Part shown: positions 55,869 through 64,000 of the stretch, one piece after another
How positions within the stretch are numbered: the first letter of the stretch is position 1
Layout: the number at the start of each line of letters is the position of its first letter
Assembly (NCBI RefSeq): GCF_037442525.1
Contig: NZ_JBBIQD010000003.1
Coordinates: forward strand, 278,482-342,481
Direction: 5' to 3'
Length of the DNA stretch: 64,000 nucleotides
DNA from: Rheinheimera sp.
GTDB lineage: Bacteria; Pseudomonadota; Gammaproteobacteria; Enterobacterales; Alteromonadaceae
The notes under the pieces: model-generated
Told to the model about the DNA's origin: nothing
Database searches by the model: none
What the model saw: the letters and a program-made list of their open reading frames with translations, nothing else
Program-made: the position numbers and the translations under genes

Positions 55869-58553
55869 ATGTCTGCTTTAACGCGACTGCCCCGTACGGG
55901 TCCGGCTCCGTTTCGTCTGAACCGCATTACTTTGGGTTGCCTGTTATTGGCTGCAACCTGTGCAACACCAGTGCTGGCAGATGTCGCCGCTGAAGCTGTT
56001 GAGGCCGCCGTCGCTGAGGCGGGTGGTGAAGCCACCCGGCCAAACGCCAGGGCAAAAGAAAAAGCCGTGGAACGCATCTCTGTGGTCGCAAGCCCCATCC
56101 GCAACAGTCAGGAACAATCCATTGCGCTTCAACGGGAAGCCACTAACGTGGTCAACGTCATTGCTTCAGACGATATTGGCCGCTTTCCGGACCAAACCGC
56201 TGCCGCTGCGTTAGCCCGTTTACCTGCAGTGGCGGTGCAACGCGACCAGGGCCAGGAACGTTATATTCAGATGCGTGGTGCACCTGCGCGCTGGACAGTG
56301 GTGGCCTTTGACGGCGTGAACGTCTTAGGTGCGGAAGAGCGGGTGTTCCGCTTTGACTCCGTACCAGCCAACCTGATGAGTGAAGTGGTGGTGGCCAAAA
56401 CCCTGACCCCACAAATGCCGTCGGAAGCTGTGGCTGGCCGGGTGGATATTAAAACCTTCAGCCCTCTGACCCAACCAGGCTTTGCTGCCGATCTGGATTT
56501 AGGTTTAGGTAAAAACCAGTTGGGGGATGGTGATCAGGAACGTTATGCCGGTCGCCTGTCCTGGTCCGACGGCACTTATGGTGTGATGGTGGCAGGTTCC
56601 ACCTACAGCAATGAACAAACCACGGACAACAACGAAACCAGCTGGGATGCCAATGGCGCCCCCACCGGCTTTGACGTTCGCAGTTACAAAATTACCCGCG
56701 AAACCAACTCTGGCGCCGTGAAGTTTGAGTTTGCCCCCACGGACAACGACTATCTGTCACTGTCCAGCCTCTATACCGAATTTCTCGACCACGAACTGCG
56801 TAACCAGTTTACCTTTGACCTGGATGCGGCTTCCGTGTCCGGCAGCCGTGGCGTCAGCTCAGGTGACCTGGTGGCGGTGCCCGTCACCGCTATGTATCAG
56901 GACGGTGACTACGCCAACTCCACCTGGGTGAACACCCTGGCCGGTGAACATGAACGTGGTGACTGGCTGTGGAACTGGTCGGTCAATTACACCGAAACCG
57001 AAAGCACGGTGAATTTACCTATTATCCGTCGGATGCAAACCAACCCGTCGCAGTTCGCCTCCATGCATTACGACATAAGCAATCCGGCCCTGCCACAAAT
57101 GCAGCTGTACAACACTGTGGTGAATGCGGACCGCAGCATGAGCCGTGGCAGCGCTGTGTCTGCGCTGAACCAAAGCGCTTTTGGCTTTGACGGCGTGATT
57201 ATCTATGACATGGAAAACACCACGGACGCGCTGGGCCTGAAGCTCGACGGTGCCTACAGCTTTAAACATGCCGATGCCGACGCCAGGCTGGAATTTGGTG
57301 TGCAGCTGGATCAACGGGAAGCTCAGTCACCAGGTTCGGCCCAACCTTTTATTTATGTCGGCCCACTGGCGCAAGCGGCAGGTCTTGATTTTGACCTGAA
57401 CCAGTTTAATACCAGCACACCCTGGGACACAGATATGGGCCATGGCTTCAGCGTAAATTACTTTGACAATGCCGGTGCCCGCCAGCTGTTAGACCAGACG
57501 CTGGCCAGCCTGACCGACATGGGCCTGGTAAACCCCGATACCTTCCGTTCTGCCGACAGTGCCTATGAAGTGCAGGAAGATATTCAAAGCGCTTATGCGA
57601 TGAATACCTGGACTTGGGACCAACACCAGGTACTGATGGGTGTACGCGCTGAGCGGGTCAGCCTGGACAGTGCAGGTTTTGTCAAAACAGCCACAACCAC
57701 CGAAGCGCTGCACATGTCACGGGATGACACCAGGCTGTTCCCCAGTATTCACTGGAATATGGATATCACTGAGGATCTGAAATTCCGTTTAGCCGGGGTG
57801 ACAGGGTCCAGCCGCGCCAGCTTCAGTCAGGTGCGCGCTGGCGCTTCTGTCAGCGATACCGAAGAAAGCATCAGTGGCGGTAACCCTTACCTGAAAGATG
57901 AAGAAGCCGTAGGTGTGGATTCGTCGCTGGAATGGTATTTCGCCGACGCCTCTTTGGCTTCAGTCAACCTGTTCCACCGTGAACTGGACCATGTGCTGTT
58001 CAGCTCAGTGACCACTGTTGGCGACAGCCGTTTTGATACCGACGGCATCGACCGCTCAGGGTATGACTACAGCACCACATTAAACGGTGGCAGTGGCCAC
58101 TTAACCGGCCTGGAGCTGACCTACATTCAGCCCTGGGATTTCCTGCCAGAAAGCCTGCAGGGTTTTGGTATGCAGTTTAACTATGCCTTGCTGGACAGCG
58201 AATTCGCCACACCAGAGGGGCGCAAAGTGGCCTTACCCGGCACCTCAGACCGCGTGATAAACAGCACCTTTTTCTATGAAAACTATGGCTGGTCGGTACG
58301 GGTGAATTACCAATGGCGCGACCAGTGGCTGGACGATATCTCCTATGAGGCCACAGGCGACATTTACTGGCAGGACAGCAAAAGAGTGGATTTGTCAGTG
58401 CGTTACCAGCTGACCGACCAGGTTTCCGTGTATGCCGACCTGAACAACATCACCGATGAAGGTGGCGAACGGTTCGAAGGCGATGCCAGCCGCCCTATTG
58501 AAGTGGAAGGTTTTGGCCGTCGTTATATGGCCGGCGTCAAAGTCAGTTTTTAA
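55869..58553 (+). CDS. TonB-dependent receptor (non-siderophore type)
   Basis: TonB box ERISVVA; plug NVIASDDIGRFPDQTAAAALARLP...RDQGQERY; GGNPYL; C-terminal GVKVSF. Confidence 0.93.
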   Translation: MSALTRLPRTGPAPFRLNRITLGCLLLAATCATPVLADVAAEAVEAAVAEAGGEATRPNARAKEKAVERISVVASPIRNSQEQSIALQREATNVVNVIASDDIGRFPDQTAAAALARLPAVAVQRDQGQERYIQMRGAPARWTVVAFDGVNVLGAEERVFRFDSVPANLMSEVVVAKTLTPQMPSEAVAGRVDIKTFSPLTQPGFAADLDLGLGKNQLGDGDQERYAGRLSWSDGTYGVMVAGSTYSNEQTTDNNETSWDANGAPTGFDVRSYKITRETNSGAVKFEFAPTDNDYLSLSSLYTEFLDHELRNQFTFDLDAASVSGSRGVSSGDLVAVPVTAMYQDGDYANSTWVNTLAGEHERGDWLWNWSVNYTETESTVNLPIIRRMQTNPSQFASMHYDISNPALPQMQLYNTVVNADRSMSRGSAVSALNQSAFGFDGVIIYDMENTTDALGLKLDGAYSFKHADADARLEFGVQLDQREAQSPGSAQPFIYVGPLAQAAGLDFDLNQFNTSTPWDTDMGHGFSVNYFDNAGARQLLDQTLASLTDMGLVNPDTFRSADSAYEVQEDIQSAYAMNTWTWDQHQVLMGVRAERVSLDSAGFVKTATTTEALHMSRDDTRLFPSIHWNMDITEDLKFRLAGVTGSSRASFSQVRAGASVSDTEESISGGNPYLKDEEAVGVDSSLEWYFADASLASVNLFHRELDHVLFSSVTTVGDSRFDTDGIDRSGYDYSTTLNGGSGHLTGLELTYIQPWDFLPESLQGFGMQFNYALLDSEFATPEGRKVALPGTSDRVINSTFFYENYGWSVRVNYQWRDQWLDDISYEATGDIYWQDSKRVDLSVRYQLTDQVSVYADLNNITDEGGERFEGDASRPIEVEGFGRRYMAGVKVSF

Positions 58554-58574
58554 GGTCTTATTGAAGGAATAGGT

Positions 58575-59723
58575 ATGAACATCAATACAATCACTCAAAC
58601 TCTGCTGCTCGCAGTTTCGGGTTTCAGCTTCAGCCTGCTGGCGGCCAGCAGCGATTTCCAGACCGGTAATGAGCGCATCCTGCAATCCGCAGGGGCGGTC
58701 ATGGTGAAACAGGATAAAGCCCTGTTACCGCAAACTGTGCTGGTCAGTTGGTCTGCCAGCCTGGGCCCTGTCACTTTGTACCGTGCCAGCAGCCCGGATC
58801 AGTCCAGGATGGAACTGGTTGCAGAGAAGCTGAATGGCAACAGTTACCTGTTGCCTGCAAAAGATGCGCAGCGCCAGTATGTGTTTATTAAACCGCAGCA
58901 GCAGGAGGGCTATTGGGTGGCTGAACGTGTATTACCATTACAGGGCGGTGTGAACTTCCGCGATTTGGGTGGTTATAAAGGCGCCGATGGCCGGGCTGTG
59001 GTCTGGGGCAAGCTGTTCCGCTCCGGCAGCATGAGCGACCTGACCGGCGCGGATTACCAGTACCTGAGTGCGCTCGGTATTCGCACCTTCTGTGACTTCC
59101 GCTCCAACGAAGAGCGCGCCGACGAGCCTACCCTGTACAAAGAGTTTGCCCCAGAAGCGCAAATGCTGGTGAAAGACTACTCGATGGCGCAAATGATGAA
59201 CGCCGAGTTTGGCAAAGCCCTGGCCCAGGTGCAGAACCGGGAGCAGGCACTGCAGATGTTCAGTGGTTTTTACCGCAAAGGTGCCACCAGCTATGCCGGT
59301 CAGTTTAAACAGATGTTTGCCCAGCTGCTGGCAGGCAAAGCGCCGCTGGCGGTGAACTGCTCAGCAGGCAAAGACCGCACCGGCATGGCGTCAGCGCTGA
59401 TTCTCACCGCTTTGGGGGTGCCCCGTGATGTGGTGGTCGCCGACTATGCGCTGTCGGAACAAACCTATGACTTTGGCATGCAGGCGCTGAAAAAAATGGC
59501 CAGTGGCGGTGCTAAAGAGCAGTCGCCTCATACCCAAATGTTCCGCCAGTTAAAACCTGAAGTGATTCAGGTGATGATGGGCACAGATCCGGCGTTAATC
59601 ACGGCGTTTTTCCAGCAAATTGACCAGGACTATGGTTCAGTCGAGCACTACCTGCAAAAAGAGCTGGGGCTGACCCCAGCCTCACTGGAAACCCTGCGCT
59701 CGCTCTATCTGACCAAGGTGTAA
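58575..59723 (+). CDS. Exported protein-tyrosine-phosphatase-fold phosphatase (Y_phosphatase3/MptpB-like) with an extra N-terminal domain
   Basis: Signal peptide; GGVNFRDLGGY; LFRSG; DFRSNEE; P-loop NCSAGKDRTG (CX5R); ADYALS. Confidence 0.9.
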   Translation: MNINTITQTLLLAVSGFSFSLLAASSDFQTGNERILQSAGAVMVKQDKALLPQTVLVSWSASLGPVTLYRASSPDQSRMELVAEKLNGNSYLLPAKDAQRQYVFIKPQQQEGYWVAERVLPLQGGVNFRDLGGYKGADGRAVVWGKLFRSGSMSDLTGADYQYLSALGIRTFCDFRSNEERADEPTLYKEFAPEAQMLVKDYSMAQMMNAEFGKALAQVQNREQALQMFSGFYRKGATSYAGQFKQMFAQLLAGKAPLAVNCSAGKDRTGMASALILTALGVPRDVVVADYALSEQTYDFGMQALKKMASGGAKEQSPHTQMFRQLKPEVIQVMMGTDPALITAFFQQIDQDYGSVEHYLQKELGLTPASLETLRSLYLTKV

Positions 59724-59754
59724 ATTCAGCACGGGACCACGGCGTTCAGATGAG

Positions 59755-59778
59755 GGGCGGGTCAAGACCCGCCCCTAC
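59755..59778 (-). repeat. GTAG-family REP
   Basis: GTAGGGGCGGGTCTTGACCCGCCC, identical to 34443-34466. Confidence 0.85.
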
Positions 59779-59804
59779 CTAACACGACAGCCCCGCAACC
59801 CGAT

Positions 59805-60500
59805 TCAACGAAACGAGGCCACCTCTTCTGGGGTCAGAAAACGGTATTCGCCTTCAGCCAGGCTGTCCTCCAGCACCAAAGCGCCAATTTGTTCGCGGTG
59901 CAGCTGCTCCACCTTGTTGCCGATAGCGGCAAACATGCGTTTCACCTGATGGTAACGGCCTTCATGAATGGTCAGCAGCACCTGCTGAGGTTCAATAATT
60001 TGCAGCTGTGCTGGTTTGGTCAGCGTTTTTTCGCCGCGCAGCATCACACCTTCAGCAAAAAGCGCAATGGCCGAGTCCGGCACCGGATCGGCCAGCCAGA
60101 CCCGGTAAGTTTTGGCACAGTGGTGTTTGGGTGAACTGATTTTATGCGACCACTGGCCATCGTCCGTGATCAGCACCAGACCCGTGGTGTCCAAATCCAG
60201 CCGGCCTACTGTGTGCAAACGTTCAGTCAGCGGCTCGTCGAGCAGAGTAAAGACGGTGTTGTGGTCCGGGTCGTCGGTGGAGCAGACATAACCTGCTGGT
60301 TTATGCAGCATAATGTAGCGCGGCCCCATCAGCTGCAGCTCTTCGTCATCCAGACAGACTTTATCCTCAGGTTTCAGCTGCAGTGCAGGTTGTTTGACCG
60401 TCACACCATTCACTGTGACCAGGCTTTGCCGGATCAGTTTGCCAGCCTGACTGCGGGTCAGGCCGGTGCAGTCACAAATAAACTTATCTAATCGCATCAT
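59805..60500 (-). CDS. rsuA: 16S rRNA pseudouridine(516) synthase
   Basis: MRLDKFI S4 domain; HKPAGYVCS; [10 protein letters not shown]; [11 protein letters not shown]. Confidence 0.95.
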   Translation of the reverse strand: MMRLDKFICDCTGLTRSQAGKLIRQSLVTVNGVTVKQPALQLKPEDKVCLDDEELQLMGPRYIMLHKPAGYVCSTDDPDHNTVFTLLDEPLTERLHTVGRLDLDTTGLVLITDDGQWSHKISSPKHHCAKTYRVWLADPVPDSAIALFAEGVMLRGEKTLTKPAQLQIIEPQQVLLTIHEGRYHQVKRMFAAIGNKVEQLHREQIGALVLEDSLAEGEYRFLTPEEVASFR

Positions 60501-60557
60501 GGGCTTCCTGTTTCTGCGTTCCAGTCTAACCAGAAGCGAAACACAACTCCAGCCTTG

Positions 60558-62045
60558 TCATGGCACTGCAATGCTCAGCACCTTCTGCTCCCCCGTCTGT
60601 GGCTGGTAACTCAGCACCCTGTGGTTATTGGTGTCGGCTATATAAATAACCCCTTGCCAGACCGCGACTGAACCGGGTTCATTCAGCGGCGGATTCAGAC
60701 TGATGCTGCTGACCTGCTTTTTGTCCAGATGCAGCAGGCGTAACCTGTGGTTGTAAGTGTCGGCCACCACCAGGGTGTTGCTGTCCAGCACCGCCACGTC
60801 TTTGTTGTGTTGCAGTAAGGCGCGGCGGAATGCTCCATCTTTCAGGCCAAATTCAAACAGGCCCTGCCCGACCAAAGTGCTGACTTTGCTGGACTTCAGA
60901 TCAATCTGCCGCACCGCGCTGGCTTCGGCGTCGGCCACCCACAATTTGCCAGCGGCCAGCGCCAGGCCACTCGGCTGATTAAAAGCCGCGTCATCACGAC
61001 GGCCGTCCAGCAAAGCTTCCTGCCCGGTACCTGCATAGGCTTCCAGTTGGTTACGCACTAAATCCAAAGTCCAGATTTGATGGCTGCCTGCCATCGCTAT
61101 ATACAGGGTGCGGCCATCCAGCGCTAAATCCCAGGGGGAACGCAGCGCCATGCTGCGGGGGTCTTCACTGCCGGCTGAACGGCCTCCCAGTTCGCCGGTG
61201 CCTGCCAGTGTACTGACGTCAAAAGTTTTTAAGTCAATTTTACGGATGGCATGGTTGCCGGTATCCGCCAGATAAAGTGCATCTTCAGTCAGCACCATAC
61301 CTTGCGGTGAATGAAAGGCAGCACTGCTGGCATGGCCATCTTTGAGTTCAGCAATGCCGCTGCCGATACGCTTGACCAGCTTGCCCTGATGGTCCAGCAG
61401 CACCAGTTGATGGTGCAGGGTGTCGCTGATGGCGATGTAACGCGCATCAACCGCCACAGCCCCTGGGGCGGCCAATGGGGTGCTCAGCGGGTCCAGCGGT
61501 TTAAGTGGCAATGGTTCTGTATTCAGCTCGCCTTTGTACTCCGCCAGCAGTTGCGCCACCGCCTCATCCAGCAGCTGGTAGCGGCCTTCGCCTGAGGTCT
61601 GCCCCACATATTTGCCATCCGGTGCAATCAACACAAAGGTTGGCCAGGCCCGCACGGCATAATGACGCCACAACACAAAATCCACGTCATTCACCACCGG
61701 GTGCTGAATACCATAACGACGCACAATGGAGCTTAAGGTGCTGAGCTGCTTTTCATTGTCAAACTTGGGCGAATGCACAGAAATCACCGCCAGCTTGTCG
61801 CCGTACTTCTGTTCGAGTTTATGCAGGTCCGGGATCACGTGAATGCAGTTCACACAGCCATAGGTCCAGAAATCCAGCAGTACCACTTTGCCACGCAGCT
61901 GCTGCATGGTCAGTGGCTGGCTGACATTGAGCCAGGGTAAGGACGGCGGGAAATCGACGCTGTTGGTGCGTGCTGCCACTTTTTGCAGACCCAAAGTTAA
62001 ACTGCCGATCATGACTATTACCCAAACCATTAGTTTTAAACGCAT
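60558..62045 (-). CDS. Exported thioredoxin-like plus NHL-repeat protein
   Basis: DFWTYGCVNCIH, VHSPKF, then repeated ADT-x-NH NHL blades. Confidence 0.9.
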   Translation of the reverse strand: MRLKLMVWVIVMIGSLTLGLQKVAARTNSVDFPPSLPWLNVSQPLTMQQLRGKVVLLDFWTYGCVNCIHVIPDLHKLEQKYGDKLAVISVHSPKFDNEKQLSTLSSIVRRYGIQHPVVNDVDFVLWRHYAVRAWPTFVLIAPDGKYVGQTSGEGRYQLLDEAVAQLLAEYKGELNTEPLPLKPLDPLSTPLAAPGAVAVDARYIAISDTLHHQLVLLDHQGKLVKRIGSGIAELKDGHASSAAFHSPQGMVLTEDALYLADTGNHAIRKIDLKTFDVSTLAGTGELGGRSAGSEDPRSMALRSPWDLALDGRTLYIAMAGSHQIWTLDLVRNQLEAYAGTGQEALLDGRRDDAAFNQPSGLALAAGKLWVADAEASAVRQIDLKSSKVSTLVGQGLFEFGLKDGAFRRALLQHNKDVAVLDSNTLVVADTYNHRLRLLHLDKKQVSSISLNPPLNEPGSVAVWQGVIYIADTNNHRVLSYQPQTGEQKVLSIAVP

Positions 62046-62300
62046 TTGACACTCCTGCCTCAGTCCGGCTTCTTTACTATAGACAGCGAAGATGAAAAAT
62101 TTCTTTCGGTGTTTGGACAGGATGTGCCAAGCCAGATAGCGGATTTAACCAGATAATCCGGCCTGACCACGGATTTTTGGTTGCATTTGGTTGCATTATT
62201 ACTCTATCTTGCTGCTGCACCACGTACTTAACCCACTGCTGAACCATGCGCATCAGCAGCTGAGTACTGACACAAATAAAATTAAAACAATGAGATCAGC

Positions 62301-63647
62301 ATGACTAACTCTGTATCACGCGGCAGCTGGGGTTCGCGTATAGGTTTTATTCTGGCCGCAGCCGGCTCCGCCGTCGGCTTAGGCGCCATCTGGAAATTCC
62401 CTTACATTGCAGGCGCCAACGGCGGTGGTGTCTTCCTGCTGGTGTATCTGGCCTGTGTATTTTCTGTCGGTGTGGTGATGTTGCTGGCCGAAATGATGAT
62501 TGGCCGCAGCGCGAAAAAATCGGCCACCTCCGCATACCGTGCCTTGGGGAAAGGGTATTGGCATGTGGCTGGCTGGCTGTCGGTACTTGGGGTGTTCTTA
62601 TTACTCGGCTTCTACTGTGTGGTGGGTGGCTGGACCATTGCTTACATAGTGCAGGCGGTACAGGGCAATATTCTGACCACAGATGCCACAGAGCTGAATA
62701 ATATTTTTACCGGCTTTATTGCTGACCCTGGCTCCTCGCTGATTTTTACCGCGATGTTCCTCGGCATTACAGCGCTGGTGGTGATCGCCGGTGTGCAGTC
62801 TGGGATTGAACGGATTTGTAAAATTCTGATGCCCGCCCTTTTTGTGCTGATGCTGGTGATGGTGGTACGCAGTCTGACCTTGCCCGGCGCGCTGGAAGGC
62901 GTGATGTATTTTATTACGCCGGACTGGAGCAAACTGAGCATCAAGATGGTGCTGGACGCCTTAGGCCTGGCGGTCTTCAGTCTGTCGGTCGGTGCCGGTT
63001 TAATGGTGGCTTATGGTTCGTACCTGAGCCCGGAAACCAAAGTGGTCAGTGCCGGTTTATGGATTGCCGGCTTAGCGACCCTGGCCTCTGTTTTGGCTGG
63101 CCTGATGATTCTGCCTGCAGTCTTTGCCTTTGACGTAGACCCGGGTGCTGGCCCTGGCCTGACCTTTATTACCATGCCTGCCCTCTTTGCCCAAATGGCC
63201 GGTGGTCAGGTGCTGGCGCTGGTGTTTTTCTGCCTGTTGCTGTTTGCCGCTGTCACCTCCTCCATTTCCATTCTGGAACCTGTGGTGGCCTTCCTGATTG
63301 ACGAATATGGCATGGACCGTAAAGTGGCCACTGTGAGCGTGGCCCTGGTGAACTACCTGTTGTTAGGCATTCCGGCGGCCCTGTCTTTTGGTGGGGGTAT
63401 GGAAAGCTACACCATATTTGGCAAAACCCCTTTTGACGTGATGGATTTTATGGCGTCCAACGTGCTGATGCCGCTGGGCGGGATGTTTGCCGCTCTCTTT
63501 GTTGGCTGGCGTATCTGGCCACAGATTAAAACCATTCTGGCCGGTGAAGTTCCGGCGCTGATACAGAAGATCTATTGGCTGGTGGCCGCTGTGGTGTCTC
63601 CGGTGCTGATTGCGATAGTCGCCATTATGATGATTCGGGCCAGCTAA
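62301..63647 (+). CDS. Sodium-dependent transporter, NSS/SNF family
   Basis: RGSWGSRIGFILAAAGSAVGLGAIWKFPYIAGANGGGVF; GPGLTFITMP. Confidence 0.93.
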   Translation: MTNSVSRGSWGSRIGFILAAAGSAVGLGAIWKFPYIAGANGGGVFLLVYLACVFSVGVVMLLAEMMIGRSAKKSATSAYRALGKGYWHVAGWLSVLGVFLLLGFYCVVGGWTIAYIVQAVQGNILTTDATELNNIFTGFIADPGSSLIFTAMFLGITALVVIAGVQSGIERICKILMPALFVLMLVMVVRSLTLPGALEGVMYFITPDWSKLSIKMVLDALGLAVFSLSVGAGLMVAYGSYLSPETKVVSAGLWIAGLATLASVLAGLMILPAVFAFDVDPGAGPGLTFITMPALFAQMAGGQVLALVFFCLLLFAAVTSSISILEPVVAFLIDEYGMDRKVATVSVALVNYLLLGIPAALSFGGGMESYTIFGKTPFDVMDFMASNVLMPLGGMFAALFVGWRIWPQIKTILAGEVPALIQKIYWLVAAVVSPVLIAIVAIMMIRAS

Positions 63648-63897
63648 GCGGGTTGGCCCCACAAATAGCGTAGGAATTGAGCAGCCAGAGTCCGCTCCGG
63701 CTGTTTTACTTGCCAAAAGACAGCCACAATGCTGATATAACGGCAAATTGCTCGATACGAGACCAGCACATCGCTGGATAAACACAGCAAAGCGGCCGCT
63801 GCGGCGGAACCACTTTGGCAAGGGATAGACAATGACGAAAAAAGACTACTTCTGGCCAGTCATAGGTCTGGTCGCGGTAGCATTCTCTGTTCATTTA

Positions 63898-64000
63898 TTA
63901 ATAGACCAGCTCCGGGACATCTCCTATGAAGATGTGCTCGACAGTCTGAACGCCATCAGCCTGCATGGCTGGCTGATGTCTGCACTGGCCACAGTCGCCG
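63898..64000 (-). CDS. 3' end of an unidentified CDS entering from the right edge
   Basis: Open frame GDCGQCRHQPAMQADGVQTVEHIFIGDVPELVY-stop; product not recognised. Confidence 0.35.
   Translation of the reverse strand, partial: GDCGQCRHQPAMQADGVQTVEHIFIGDVPELVY

Noticed and set aside
32979-59778. CRISPR array
   Set aside because: The repeats are dispersed single or doublet palindromes in intergenic gaps, not regularly spaced repeats with unique spacers; no cas genes.
62178-62197. Sigma-54 promoter
   Set aside because: The GG to TTGC spacing is two bases too long for the -24/-12 consensus.
63644-63894. Small ORFs after the NSS transporter (63644-63832, 63706-63894)
   Set aside because: No recognisable family, and I cannot choose between frames; left uncalled.

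Overview
Chromosomal window from a Gammaproteobacterium; gene content and protein style suggest a Rheinheimera/Alishewanella-like organism, which is an inference. No rRNA, tRNA, CRISPR array, integrase, transposase or phage genes were recognised. Left to right: the 5' end of a secondary chemotaxis cluster (MCP-cheY-STAS-cheA) behind an atypical NarL-type regulator; transport and metabolic genes; an MHYT-PAS hybrid kinase/HD-GYP pair; a zapB/zapA-like pair; a Fur-boxed siderophore receptor; a 704-aa EF-hand membrane protein; ilvE; and an accessory interval (about 33-39.4 kb). That interval holds a REP-bracketed flavin oxidoreductase, an ERIC-like element, three HEPN/MNT toxin-antitoxin modules (one HEPN internally deleted) and an AT-rich orphan gene. 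It is followed by the attenuated ilvL-ilvGMDA operon, LysR/SDR, a GH13 lipoprotein, a catalase-like peroxidase and an orphan traT. The best candidate for an undescribed system is at 53.65-59.72 kb. A Pho-box promoter drives a PhnD-like binding protein translationally coupled to a two-TM protein with a C-terminal OmpR/PhoB-type winged helix (reverse of the ToxR layout). An inverted-repeat site, a TonB-dependent receptor and an exported PTP-family phosphatase follow. GTAG-type REP hairpins are scattered through the intergenic DNA. All family calls are from motif recognition, not database searches.
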